The notes under the pieces were generated by a model. The model had not been told where the DNA came from. It worked only from the letters and a program-made list of their open reading frames with translations, and made no database searches. A stretch of DNA of 64,000 nucleotides. Origin: Botryllus schlosseri. Its lineage: Eukaryota. Both the position numbers and the translations under genes were made by a program. The stretch covers positions 27,714,001-27,778,000 of the forward strand of contig CM119378.1 in NCBI GenBank assembly GCA_051294905.1, written 5' to 3'. Of the stretch, positions 22,101 to 31,980 are shown one piece after another. Position 1 is the stretch's first letter. Each line of letters begins with the position of its first letter.

Positions 22101-24064
22101 TCAGTGGTTCTCAAACTTTTTTGGACACGCCCCCCTTCATGATAGTGCAGAATTTCATGCTACCCTTATCGTCATATCAAAAATCCAACCAGAATTCTAG
22201 CAATCCAAACCGATAGTTTGACGGCGTGCATGGTTATGATTGCCGGTGAGCAAATAGTCAAATACGAAATTAGGATTGTACACAAAGCAATAACGATGAG
22301 TGGGAGGTCGACCGAAGCTTCACGCCCCCCTTCAGATGCTATCACGCCCCCAGTTTGAGAACCACTGAAATAGATGAAGACTCCCAGTTCAGCAGTGACG
22401 AAAATTGCAGATATCTTTTACCTCCATGGCCGATAGCGATATTTCTTTCAATTTGTGATATTGGCTCGATATGGTCGGCAAACAGATAAGACATTGTAAC
22501 AAAATTTTGCAAAAGTTTTATTTGGCTAAAAACATTTATGTATTGCGTTTTAGTATTCCAACTTGATTACCAAAATTTTCCGTGAAGTGTCCCAAATTTT
22601 TAAGAAATGTCAATTTCTCTAATTTCCAATTTTACTCATAATAGCTCCGTATTTATCACAATAATTCTTTATTGGAGGCAGTAAAACTCTAATGAAAAGG
22701 TCAATGTGAACAAATATAGGTAACTCATTAGGGCTGTTCAAAAAAGAACTTTGCCTTCAGATTTCACGGGCTACTTGATAAAATTGTTAGGTTGGTTAAT
22801 AAAACGCTGTACACCGACTCTATCTCCATTCCAACCAGTAGAAGCGAAGTTATTGCAGTAGAAAAATTTGGATTTGAATAAAAGAGTATTTACGGGACCA
22901 ACTCTTTCATTATTTATTATAAAATCATGGAATTGTACCGCAATAACTTCGCTTGGTGTAATCGGTCAGGCTCTAATTACGAACTGCGAGCTGAGAAAAC
23001 TAATGACGTTGTGGGCTTTTCAGATGATGTCGATTTCGATGAGCAGGACGAGGGTGTGGGCGGCGAGCCATTCGACGGCGAAATGGGATTTGCAGATGTC
23101 GACGAGAATGAAGGTTTGTTGCGGTGATGAGACTCGTCTAGTAATAGAAAAACTAGCTGACTAATGGGTGTTTGATCAAGTAGTTCTAGTTGCACATTTA
23201 AAATAAAATTTAGTTGCCATACACCTAGAGAGCGCGTGTCGTCGTTTATTGTGAATCGTGATACTGGTGTTCAATTGCGTGATGTTCTTGCAGCAGTTGC
23301 TAACTCGAAGTTATTGCTACCAACAGTGGCGTAGTCACGGGGTGAATTTTTAGGGTTGAAGTGATTAGACTTAATTGAATATGAATACCGGAAAATAAAT
23401 TCTATACGTTTCTATTCTCTTATTTTCATTCCAATCGAATTTCTGGTTGTCCGTCTCTGATCTGGCTGGCGCAATACCTGGCAAGTGAGCGGTCTGTTTT
23501 GAATTTTGTATTCCAGTGAAAACGTCCGCTAGAGGCAAGAAAGGGAAAAATTCCGAGGCTGACTTCGAAGCGTTCGACATGATGATGGAAGAGAACGCCC
23601 GGCAAAAGTGAGTTTTTCCTGCGGCTGAGCACAGTGAATCCCGTACTCGAGTGTGAATTCATTCTAATGATTTAAGCCGAGCAGTGAGAGATTATTTTTT
23701 CCAGTACTGAAACGCTACTATCCTTGCCACTAAAAGTCAATTTCTCAGTTTTTTGCCAATTTTTGCAATGAAATAGCAAATTATATTTAATGTGATGTCG
23801 AACTTACCAGTCTGACCGGCTGTGATTACTCGGTTGTTTAGGTATGTGGGCGGCGGAAGTGATGCCGTCAGAAACGCCGATAATTCCAATTCGCGGCAAC
23901 TGAAGTGGGAGAGAAAACGCGAGATGAAAGACATCGTCGCTCGTAAGAGATCGGCCAAGCGAACGGCTCCTGCTTTTAAAAAATCTGGCGGCAGACCCGC
24001 AAGAGGTCCCGTGGGCAAGTCGAAAAATGGCGGATTCTCAAAGAGAGGTCGACAGCGTCGTTGA
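852..24064 (+). CDS. CEBPZ: CCAAT/enhancer-binding protein zeta (CBF/Mak21/NOC1, 60S biogenesis factor); 18 coding exons in window, 5'-incomplete
   Basis: Exons 852-1130, 2118-2281, 4266-4453, 5227-5352, 6374-6637, 9079-9169, 10449-10625, 11477-11580, 13476-13606, 14427-14548, 15077-15258, 16697-16780, 18793-19033, 20015-20203, 21412-21632, 23024-23113, 23517-23607, 23842-24064. All introns are GT-AG with matching phases; total 2967 nt. The translation carries CEBPZ hallmarks: GTLSDKVAA, NKMGDP, LTGVNRAYPF, RVKAFLKRL, HYHPAVAKFA, YPGDPLADFTLMRFLDKFVYRNPK, QLKWE. Confidence 0.96.
2118..2281 (+). CDS. CEBPZ: CEBPZ exon 2
   Basis: tacacag|AAACCC ... CCTTG|gtgaga; joins the next exon to give GPWY. 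Confidence 0.88.
3006..3696. mobile_element. hAT-Charlie/Buster-type MITE
   Basis: CAGTGTTTCCCAACC ... GGTTGGGAACCACTG; TSD ccttataa/cctcataa. Confidence 0.85.
4266..4453 (+). CDS. CEBPZ: CEBPZ exon 3
   Basis: ttcag|GTATGC ... GCCG|gtgagt; LGKELLETE...SWMKTVSTA. Confidence 0.93.
5227..5352 (+). CDS. CEBPZ: CEBPZ exon 4
   Basis: tcctag|GTACG ... ATAG|gtgagg; GTLSDKVAAYTLMIQQAPVH. Confidence 0.95.
6374..6637 (+). CDS. CEBPZ: CEBPZ exon 5
   Basis: ttcag|CGTTGG ... AAAG|gtgacc; ELLPDGRQLRYFHQQP. Confidence 0.95.
6788..6905 (+). mobile_element. GACTCGAGTC-rich hAT-like element end (family E); resumes at 8482-8700; other copies 13678-13865, 16190-16430 (reverse), 62915-63220
   Basis: Begins CAGGGTTG; repeated gactcgag/actcga subterminal motifs; copies align with each other. 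Confidence 0.7.
6906..8481 (-). mobile_element. Internally deleted hAT DNA transposon nested in another repeat (CEBPZ intron 5)
   Basis: TIRs (g)aggggtctttaaattgtact / agtacaatttaaagaaccct; flanks gcgcatca / gcgcatga (7/8, boundary uncertain by 1-2 nt); contains transposase remnants. Confidence 0.85.
7109..7875 (-). pseudogene. hAT transposase remnant (frameshift, stop, internal deletion)
   Basis: Minus-strand pieces: GTMTGHVGGV...FWCGLHQLDLV (CxxH motif), LLRRQQKL, PRFVDTWWASM, PPTLPKELVKLR, and C-terminal FCGTLSTVFPTTAPLEADFS...LTDFSLEGCLHAKQ (dimerization-domain-like). Confidence 0.85.
9079..9169 (+). CDS. CEBPZ: CEBPZ exon 6
   Basis: ttttacag|GTCTG ... CCAAA|gtgggt; KPEQERELLVMIVNKMGDP. 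Confidence 0.95.
9647..9900 (+). mobile_element. hAT-like element end (TAGGGATG...); inverted copy at about 25790-26072
   Basis: Two copies align over about 250 bp, with gtgaac/gttcac subterminal motifs. Confidence 0.65.
10449..10625 (+). CDS. CEBPZ: CEBPZ exon 7
   Basis: tttcag|ACAC ... GACAG|gtttgt; KIASKA...HPVMQGVV...QYYCICFM. Confidence 0.95.
11477..11580 (+). CDS. CEBPZ: CEBPZ exon 8
   Basis: ttacag|GAAAG ... CACAG|gtatgc; YLAFFKACVKQKRVDNKLLGAILTG. Confidence 0.95.
12280..12543. mobile_element. MITE with about 40-bp TIRs
   Basis: gattatatcgtcgcagtggtattaaagtagcttatgtcca / tgggcataagctactttgataccactgcgaccatataatc. Confidence 0.75.
12588..13444 (+). mobile_element. Tc2/pogo-group (Tc1/mariner) non-autonomous element
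   Basis: TIR CCGTAATTTTCCA(A/T)GTATA(G/A)T, TA on the left flank; internal tandem duplication at 12830/12963. Confidence 0.8.
13476..13606 (+). CDS. CEBPZ: CEBPZ exon 9
   Basis: ttcag|GGGTT ... TTTCAG|gtttgt; GVNRAYPF...SVQAMMLLFQ. Confidence 0.96.
14427..14548 (+). CDS. CEBPZ: CEBPZ exon 10
   Basis: ttgcag|GTATTG ... TTCAG|gtgcta; DRFYNALYSTLLHP. Confidence 0.95.
15077..15258 (+). CDS. CEBPZ: CEBPZ exon 11
   Basis: cgacag|GTCTT ... CAAG|gtttga; SLKADPSESRVKAFLKRL. Confidence 0.95.
15305..15936. mobile_element. Foldback (palindromic) hAT MITE, family C; fragments at 2330-2430, 11870-12080, 19070-19490, 22729-22960, 46070-46455, 46810-46935, 53373-53810
   Basis: TAGGG ... CCCTA ends, perfect 8-bp TSD atgagcat, about 300-bp inverted arms. 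Confidence 0.9.
16697..16780 (+). CDS. CEBPZ: CEBPZ exon 12
   Basis: ctgtag|ATGAC ... CCAG|gtgaga; DDSDEEHFVDLDED. Confidence 0.9.
17158..17970 (+). mobile_element. hAT MITE (813 bp); truncated copy at 13866-14350
   Basis: TAGGGTGGAGTGAAAAA ... TTTTTCACTCCACCCTA; perfect TSD acgattac. Confidence 0.9.
17971..18060 (+). repeat. Family D dispersed repeat (about 350 bp) carrying a hammerhead-like motif; copies at 1860-2030(-), 5040-5190(-), 5760-5950(-), 17044-17157, 19575-19730, 29570-29720, 50100-50380(-), 54410-54590(-), 61760-61895(-), 62540-62690
   Basis: Shared core ttctctactagttgctgacgattacccctgacgagtgtcagccgaaaatattcgggtttatttcaatatgaat. Confidence 0.85.
18076..18745 (-). mobile_element. 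Second, inverted copy of the Tc2-like element
   Basis: TA|CCGTAATTTTCC ... GGAAAATTATGG|TA; body is the reverse complement of 12588-13444. Confidence 0.82.
18793..19033 (+). CDS. CEBPZ: CEBPZ exon 13
   Basis: ttccag|CTCCT ... ATGAG|gttatt; SLWEI...HYHPAVAKFA...GDPLADFTLMR. Confidence 0.96.
20015..20203 (+). CDS. CEBPZ: CEBPZ exon 14
   Basis: cgacag|GTTCC ... CAACG|gtgagc; FLDKFVYRNPK...EEVFLQR. Confidence 0.95.
21412..21632 (+). CDS. CEBPZ: CEBPZ exon 15 (3' boundary uncertain)
   Basis: ttccag|ATATT ... TACG|gtagtg (weak donor; same-phase alternatives at 21636 and 21653); DDDVEELSDDEFDKFL. Confidence 0.85.
22102..22367 (+). mobile_element. hAT-Charlie/Buster-type MITE (266 bp)
   Basis: CAGTGGTTCTCAAACT ... 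AGTTTGAGAACCACTG; perfect TSD aaatagat (nnnTAnnn). Confidence 0.92.
23024..23113 (+). CDS. CEBPZ: CEBPZ exon 16
   Basis: ctaat branch-like motif, cttttcag|ATGATG ... GAAG|gtttgt; acidic, FADVDENE. Confidence 0.88.
23517..23607 (+). CDS. CEBPZ: CEBPZ exon 17
   Basis: ttccag|TGAAA ... CAAAA|gtgagt; ADFEAFDMMMEEN. Confidence 0.9.
23842..24064 (+). CDS. CEBPZ: CEBPZ terminal exon
   Basis: tttag|GTATG ... TGA; NADNSNSRQLKWE followed by a basic tail. Confidence 0.93.
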
Positions 24065-24081
24065 GTAGCGATGATATATCG

Positions 24082-24087
24082 AATAAA
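24082..24087 (+). terminator. Candidate polyadenylation signal of CEBPZ
   Basis: AATAAA 17 nt after the stop codon; a second AATAAA at 24695. Confidence 0.55.
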
Positions 24088-24998
24088 AACAATCATGGTC
24101 ACATTGTGTGCGTCTTGTTTGAGGTCTCTGACTGGTGTCTGTATCTGCTAGTGGGCAGACCTGCTTCGTGCGCTAGCCGCACATCAAAAATTTAGTTCTG
24201 AAGGAGCCAGAACACACAAATTGAAAAAATACGATTTTAGGCCATCATAATGAAACATGGGCTATCGAATGAAGTGTATTATTGTATAGAGATGCAGCGG
24301 TTCCCCACCTAGGCTACCAGGTGGTTTAAAATCACGCTAATTTGGCGAACTCTGCAGTGATTGTTTGCCTATACAATTCAAATTTACTACTCTCGTCGCA
24401 AAGGCAAAGGAGCATAGCGGCTAAACACCAGCTCCAGTGTTTCGATATATAGTTTGCATCATACATGCGTTAAGGAGTCTACAATGGTGGCAAAACTGGT
24501 CCAACAGATAATTACACAAACGATCATACCTTCAGTAGAACTACATACTTTTCATTCAGTGTGCATGCCTCTTATTTACTTCGCCTAGGCTAAGGTGGGT
24601 GTCTGATCTTAATGGCTACTCCAAGTTGTTTCGACACCCTCCTATCTTTTCATTGTATCGCAGTCTTGTGATGTTTTGAAACGATGAAAATATTAATAAA
24701 CCTGACTGACTGACATAACATACCAAATTCGCTTAGCATGCTACTATTGCTAGACCTTGATGTCTCAAAGAATACTATTTATAAAGCGATATAAACGATG
24801 GTATCTGCAATGCCCAAATGTTCGGATACCATTCACTGATTCGCATTCAGCACGGCCATCGGTGTCGTAATTTGCTTGATGATTGAAACATGATGTAATG
24901 ACGAAAATCACATATTTATTATATATATATATGTCCATAAGACCGTAAGCGTGTAAAATGATCGAATTGTGAGTGCAATAGCAATGTTCCAAATAATG

Positions 24999-25130
24999 AT
25001 TATCCAGTAAATCGCTTTTACGAATGCAAAAGTAAATCCGGAATACTTATTATCCAGTAAATTGCTTTTACAAATCCAAAAGTAAATCTGAAATACTGGA
25101 TATCCCGTAAATTGCTTCTACGAATTTAAT
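24999..25130. repeat. 50-bp tandem repeat, about 2.5 units
   Basis: tatcc(a/c)gtaaat recurs at 25001, 25051 and 25101. Confidence 0.85.
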
Positions 25131-26638
25131 CTGTAATTTTTTCACCCTCTAAAAACAAGTAAATTTACTTTTGACGTTCCCGTATATTAATTTAACGGGC
25201 ATTTACCGTTAATATAACTGACGGGACAAATTTACCGGTATAATTTGGGTAAATCTACGAATATTTCTAAGAGTATGCCATATATTAATGTACACGATAC
25301 CTAGCGAAGATTCGGCCCACATAATACCACAATGCTGAAGTACATATCGGCGTTTTAAACGTCGCTAAATGTATCAACTGCGGTAATCAAAGAATATAAT
25401 AATTGCATAAAATCACATTCCGTCGCTTTGCCAACAATTTCGACGAGGACTTACCAAGGAATATAAGCTTACGCCTTAACGGTCTTAGCCAGACCGGATA
25501 ATGTGTTCAGAGTCTGAGTATTGCTATATTGAGCAGAGTGTACAACGGGTTTCTATACTCGCTACCGATACCACAAACAACAAGTTATGCAGAAGTAGCA
25601 CGCACCTTAATCGCACGGATTTGGTTTTAATGATACAGTAAAGATGTGAAGTCAAGATTGACCCAGTACGACCGTTCGATTTTTTTACATCAGAAGACGA
25701 TGGTTGGCCAAGCATCATTCGCTGACTACGTATATCGATTGCGGGTCAGGTCACAGCAGAGAGTCACTGAATATTCTCAACGGAAAGCTGGATATTCCGA
25801 GAAAATGTTTGCAACAAAGCAAGTAAAACTTTTAAGGTTGTCGAGGTGCATGGTGCATGCTCGTTTAGTGTTAATTTTTTATGCTGCTAGCACCATGCAT
25901 GGAGTGGCACGCAGTTGAAATGCAATAAATTTGAGCCAAAAATCTTATAAAAAGGTTACCAAAAGGTTCACAGTGCAGAACCCACCAAGGTTCTGTTGTG
26001 AACGCGAACCTCTAAATTTCTGAGGTTCACACACAGAACGCGAACGTGAACTTCACGTTCACACCATCCCTACCTTTTGTTTAGTCAACCAACGGAAAAT
26101 TCAACGAAAGTGTATATTTCTGGAGTCGAGTCGGAAAAAATGACCTTTTTTTGGTCAACCAACTGCAAACTCGGAATAAATAAAACGGTTTTTTCCGGAT
26201 TGGTATTGAAATTCGGAAAAAGCGTCCTCTTTTCAGATTCCAAAAATATGGTTTAGTTGAATTATTCCACGTTAGAAAAATTTGAATTATCAACGATTTT
26301 CATCCGCACTCATCCTGATTTTCATAGGCACTGCAAATTTTTTTCATTCGCTCACAAGTGCGCACCATCCCACGGGTTGAAAAGCAACGAGTTAAACTAT
26401 CTTAAAATGAGTTGTCTGAACGCAAAATTTGCGATGTTGGTTACTAAATATGCAACAGATTCGACGCATTAATGTAGGCCTGCGACGAAAAGACCATTCC
26501 CGTCGCATTTACGTGAATCTTTGTAAATAAACATTCGAGAGTACGTCACGGCATATCGATTTGAATTCAGTTTTGTTCTCGCTCTTCCCGTACGAATATG
26601 AATACGTAGGCTACCGCCTCTACATTTCTTGCTTTTGT

Positions 26639-26930
26639 GGGGGCATGGCGATGACGATAAACGCCTACCGCCAAGGCGGCGTAAGTTCGATTCCGCGTTG
26701 GTGGTTAGCCTGGGCCTGGACACTAACATCGAAAAGGAACTGTAACATCAGGCACTAGGCCAGAGGTGGATGCCACTTCAAGAGACCGCGACTACAACCG
26801 CAACTGGTCGTTCGGCATCCTCCTATGATCTATATCTGTTCGCTACGTCGCATTGTTTGCGTGTGTCTTGTTCGGATGAATATATTATCGGAGGATTATT
26901 GATATTGACGGCTATTATGTCCTGGTATGT
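26639..26930 (+). mobile_element. tRNA-derived SINE-like element, copy 1
   Basis: Degenerate A box, B box GTTCGATTCC at 26685-26694; body homologous to copy 2. Confidence 0.65.
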
Positions 26931-27021
26931 GTCCGTAAGCTACATGAATAATCGAAATGCGTCTGTGAATAGCAAAAAGGTTGGTCACTCTCGCACTAGG
27001 TAAACGTTTCAATATCTACGC

Positions 27022-27400
27022 GGGGGAGATGGCGTAGTGGCAACGATAAGCGCCAACCGATCTGGCGGAGCAGGCTCGATTCCCTTCGGAGGTTTATCTG
27101 GGCTCCTCTACCCGCACCGTTGCCGTTCTTACGGCGACAAAAAAGACCCGACGAAAGAAAGCACTCACAAGGAATGGAAAGAAATAGTAGACAGGGCCGC
27201 GGCTTCAACAAGATCAACATCGAAAAGAACTGCGACATCGGGCACTCGGCCGAGGTGGATGTTAGATTAAAAGGAACGCAACTGCATGCGTGTCGTTCGA
27301 CATCCTCCTATTACGTCGACTACATCGCATTGTGTCTTGTCACATTGTACATTGTGGGTGACTTGTTCAGATGCAAAATATAACCCAACGATTATTGCTA
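27022..27400 (+). mobile_element. tRNA-derived SINE-like element, copy 2
   Basis: A box TGGCGTAGTGG at 27030-27040, B box GGCTCGATTCC at 27073-27083; carries an extra internal segment of about 110 nt relative to copy 1. Confidence 0.7.
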
Positions 27401-28749
27401 TGGTGGTAGTGATTCCCAAGAATCTCTAAGTAATTGAAATCTTGATGTTTTTACTGATCAAATTGTCACGCAAAACAAGTTTGAGCTCAGAGTAGCGCGC
27501 TTCTTGAATACGGGGTAGGGTTGCCATACGTCCGCAACTCCACATATTTTCCAGCAAAAATAGCAAAATCCACTGATTTCGGTCTTCATCAGCTAGCTTT
27601 ACTGGCTTGGTAGAAGTGTCCTCCTTTCCTGATTCCAAAATATGGTGACCCGATCATAGTGCATGTTTCGAGATTCGTTTTCTCTTAATTCACGTTCCCG
27701 TCATTCCCAAATATATTTGTTGTATTTTGTCGCCTGAGATATAATGTGCCAGGGAAAAAGCGACCCTAATATTTTTAGTCAGAATTATTTAATCGAAATC
27801 GGCCGACTCAAATTGGGGTCACGGCCCATGCTTTGAGAACTGGTGCTGTCAAATAGGCTTAATGAGGCGCCCGATTACATGCTGTGTATTGGATTTCGCT
27901 GAAATGGGATATATATCATTTTGGCTCTGCGTGATCGACAAGATGATAGCAGGGTATAGAGATTGTGGTACGCGAGTGCTGTTCGGAAGTAGCCTAGATC
28001 TGGTCATAATGACTCGAGTAGCCTATATAGCCTATACATTCAATGGAGTATTAATTCTAGTCATTCGAGTTGAGCAGTGAGGGACGATATGTTTGAGTAC
28101 AGGCTACTGAAATTATACTACAATTGCCGCTAAAAGTTATAATTTTCAACGATGAGATTACAGTACAATACTTTTTTTTGCACTAAGATATAAGAATCGA
28201 TTGGGTAGCATTCGAAATATGTAGTGTCTGTAGTGTATGTAGTGAACGTGATCAACTCAGAGCATTAACGTAGGGTCACCATATTTTGGAATCAGGAAAG
28301 GAGGCGACATTTTTTCAAAATTTTCAGACTTAGAATACTGGAGTAAAACCGGAAAATATGGAAAATTCATCACGAAATTGTAGTTGGTTGACTAAAAAAA
28401 AGCTCAACTCCTGAAATACAGTTTTTCTTTCATATTTACCGTTGGTTGACTAAAAATGGTCGTCGCTTACGTTCAAACCACGAATTTCCTGTTTAGCGTC
28501 ATTTATGCCCATTTCACTCGAATCTATCCATCATCTTAGCTCTAAAAGCTGTAAAGGAGGAAGAATTGATAAAAATGAGGACATTGTGGCATTGTATTCT
28601 TTGAGGTCGCGTGAGAGGTGACTATTTGGATTTTTCACCTTATTCATACTGTTACGGCGTCATACCGAGCGATGCTAGAATACTCTGCTCGAATCGTGTT
28701 ACTCGATTCAGAATCGAATTACTGGCTACTCGATTTTGCCCAATGCCAA

Positions 28750-28971
28750 GCCCTGTTCGCAAGTAAACAATTTGGGTAGCATTTCTCCACGAGGCGTCAC
28801 AGCTATTGTAATGACGTCGGACGCGCTTGACTGCTCTCGTACAATGGAGATCGGCCATTGCTGTGTGCAAAATGCTCAAGGCTTGGCGTGTCCCATGCTT
28901 AGTTCGCTTTTACCTCGCGACATATTGGATATTTAACTAGACAGCCCTGTTCCCGGATCAATTCGTGCAAG
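28750..28971 (+). other. Possible non-coding (5'UTR) exon of gene 2; start undefined
   Basis: CpG-richer island ending in a strong donor, GCAAG|gtatgt; no long frame runs into the donor. Confidence 0.35.
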
Positions 28972-31499
28972 GTATGTCATGTTACTACTATCGCTATTTT
29001 GCTAATCGATGGTCGATGTTACGTTTTTGTGAAATTTTGGAAATAATTGATTGCTGCTACAGCTGTGTTGAAGTTGCAAGCTGCCGTGCAGCGCTATAAC
29101 TATAATCAAACGCGTATTGTGGTTTTCTGTGTTCATTCAAACTAGGTCGACATCTGGTACACTTAGCGCATGCTATTATGAATCTCGACCCTGACAAGTA
29201 ATTTGCAGCAAAGCTGCTGTTTGCTGCAATGCCGTGCAACATAGGTGCATTGTTAGCCGTGAATGGTGTGTTCCGGCCGGAAGTCGGGTACCTATGGATG
29301 TGAAACTACAGTAATCTCAACAATTGAGCCGTACTCTAAGCCCTTCTTCAAGTTTTTTTAAACATTTCTTGCACTTTCGGAGAACTCAGAACTGCAATGG
29401 GCAAATCAGTATGTGCATGCATTGGTGTAGTCTGCAATGGGCGATAATGCAGTTTAACTGAAATGTGCACATTTGATATACAAGAAATGCATTGTGAATT
29501 TTGTACCATCATTCATGCCATATTGATTATTTTGAATAGTAGGTCTATATTCATGTTGAAGTAAACCGGAATATTTACTCTTCCCAATTCTCTACTAGTT
29601 GCAGACGATTAGGCCTACCCTTAACAAGTGTCAGCTGAAAAGATTCATTCTTATTTCAATATGAATATGGTATTCACTTGTATATTGGAGTTCGTTACTT
29701 ATAGGAATCTCTTCAAGTATTGCATGTTGTATCAGTTTTTTACACTGCTTTTACTATTTCTGTGACTGTGGGACTTACTATGGTTTTTTAGGCTTGCTTA
29801 GCCTTAGCCTTGCAACAATTATCTACAGATAGCTTATGATGCTTTATTCACTGTTATGCTGGTAGAAATGTCTGCACCAAGTAATACTGCGATAGTAGGT
29901 TGATAAATGGGCAATATCACTAGTCACACCGATCCTTATTTCTCCAGTAAGTAATACGGTAACGATTTATAGTCTTTTTATATGCTATATTTGAACCTGG
30001 CCAGAAAGGGACATCATAATGATGTGTCTATTGATTGCTATAAGACAATCGATTTTAGTTTTGCTTCCATCTTGTGGAAATGCAACTTGAATGATGTAAA
30101 CAAATTTGTAATTTTGTATATACAATTACAAGTTACTGATATCTTTTTAGTGTAAGTTTTGATGCCTATTTCACATCTAACTGAAAACTTGATAATGGCC
30201 AGTAAAATTGATCATAACAATAAGAAGTATTACGAATGCTAGATTCACTTCTGTTCAAAACCGCCGTCAAGGTTATTGAGTCGTAGTCTGCATCAAAGAT
30301 GTCTAAAATTGCAAACAATAAATTTGATTTTTTTGTTAACGTGATTGAAGAGCCATAGAAATGAAAATCAGTATTGTAAATAGTAATTACAATACTAACA
30401 AATATTGCAAGTAGTGTCATAATATCGATGTCTTGTAGCCTATGAAATAACATTCACCTGCAGAAGTACAGAAAGAAGTTTCAGTAGTGGGGTCTACTAG
30501 TAAAGTGTTCTAACTTCACAGCACAGCTATGGTTGTTATACGAATTGGCATTTCCACATATCTATTCTAATTATGCTATGCTCACACTCTGACCATTCTA
30601 CTCTAATTGATCTCTTGATGATCGAACTATACTCTCGGTAAGCCTGATGGCAGCTTTCTTCCGTGTCGGCCTATTTTTTCAAAAGATTCACGAAGTTATC
30701 GCCATGTGTTGTAGTGGCGGCTGATTTGATATAGACTGTGATGCAACTGTAGCTTTGTCAATTTGAAAATGTGGTGGGTATCTGTATACCAGACTTGTAG
30801 ACTAGATAATGCTGGTTGTCTAATTCGACTAATTATAACAAAATACCGGTAACCTAATTTGTGAAGTATTTCTATGCTCCCATTTTAATTCTAATATATT
30901 TTCTGGTTTTCTTGGAAATGCTACAGAAGACCTGTGAAGTGCGAAACGAGCCAATCTTTGCCATTCCCATGCTTATGAGAATCAGCTGTGGTTTGATAGG
31001 AAATGTATGTGATACAAGTTATTGTAATCTAATGGAAAAGCGACATGATTACGTAGGGAAGCCTAGCCTATACCATGCAATGTATGTAAACATTCACATT
31101 GTTTATCGGTAAATTATGATTCAAAGTCGATTAACTGTAAATCAACTTTACATAAAAGACTATGAAAAAATTTTCAATGGTAAAAGCATATGCATATTTG
31201 GTATTTGTTTGTGTCTCTAGGCTATCATGTGCGGTCTTTTGCTGCTGAACTTGTGAAACTGTATGCATGTTTTACGCTGGTAACTGATTTCCTATAATGA
31301 TAAATCATACATACATGCTTCAAAGCAGAACACAAAGTTTCGTTGTCTGTTCAGCTTGACTTTGGCCTTATACAAGATGGCATCCAGTTCAGGTCCTAAA
31401 TTCCACCGTTGTTTGAAGGTATGGAAATAACCGTGATCAAATATGAGTGTGAGACGTTGTATGAGATGTGACCATATCGTTAACTATAGCACAGCCTGA

Positions 31500-31980
31500 T
31501 CAGTTCGGAAAGTTTTGTTGTAGTCAAATCCGTGTAAAGTTGCACTTAATTTTCACAAAATTTGCATTTATGGACAAGTTCCTTGAAATTATTAGGGTAT
31601 GAGATACTCGAATCGCTCCATATCCAAGGCACTGTAGCAAAACTCAATGTTGGCGACTTCAACAAAGTCAATAGCCTGTAAAAATTGACCCAGTGAAAAT
31701 ACAATTTTAGGTGGTCGAGCCTGAATGTATGTCAAATCAGAAAAGAAAGTGAAATAATCAAGTGAACTATTTACATATAGTGCCAAATATTTCCAGTAAA
31801 AAGATGGTTGCATAAAAAATTGAAAAAAGTTGCAAAAAGTTGCATGAAAAAATGAAGAAAAGTTGCAAAAAGTTGCCGTATAAAATTCCTCCTTACAGAT
31901 TAAAACACCAAACTACATAACTTCTCCGTATTTAGGAAGATGCCGGAAGTTGTGAAAATAAGTTGCAAATACTTGCCCTA
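31500..31980 (+). mobile_element. Dispersed repeat with aaaagttgc array, ending CTTGCCCTA; second copy at about 59290-59792
   Basis: Two closely similar copies of about 480 bp; hAT-like TAGGG terminus on the minus strand. Confidence 0.75.

Noticed and set aside
27022-27095. Functional tRNA gene
   Set aside because: A and B boxes are present, but there is no convincing acceptor or anticodon stem and the sequence continues into a shared SINE-like body.
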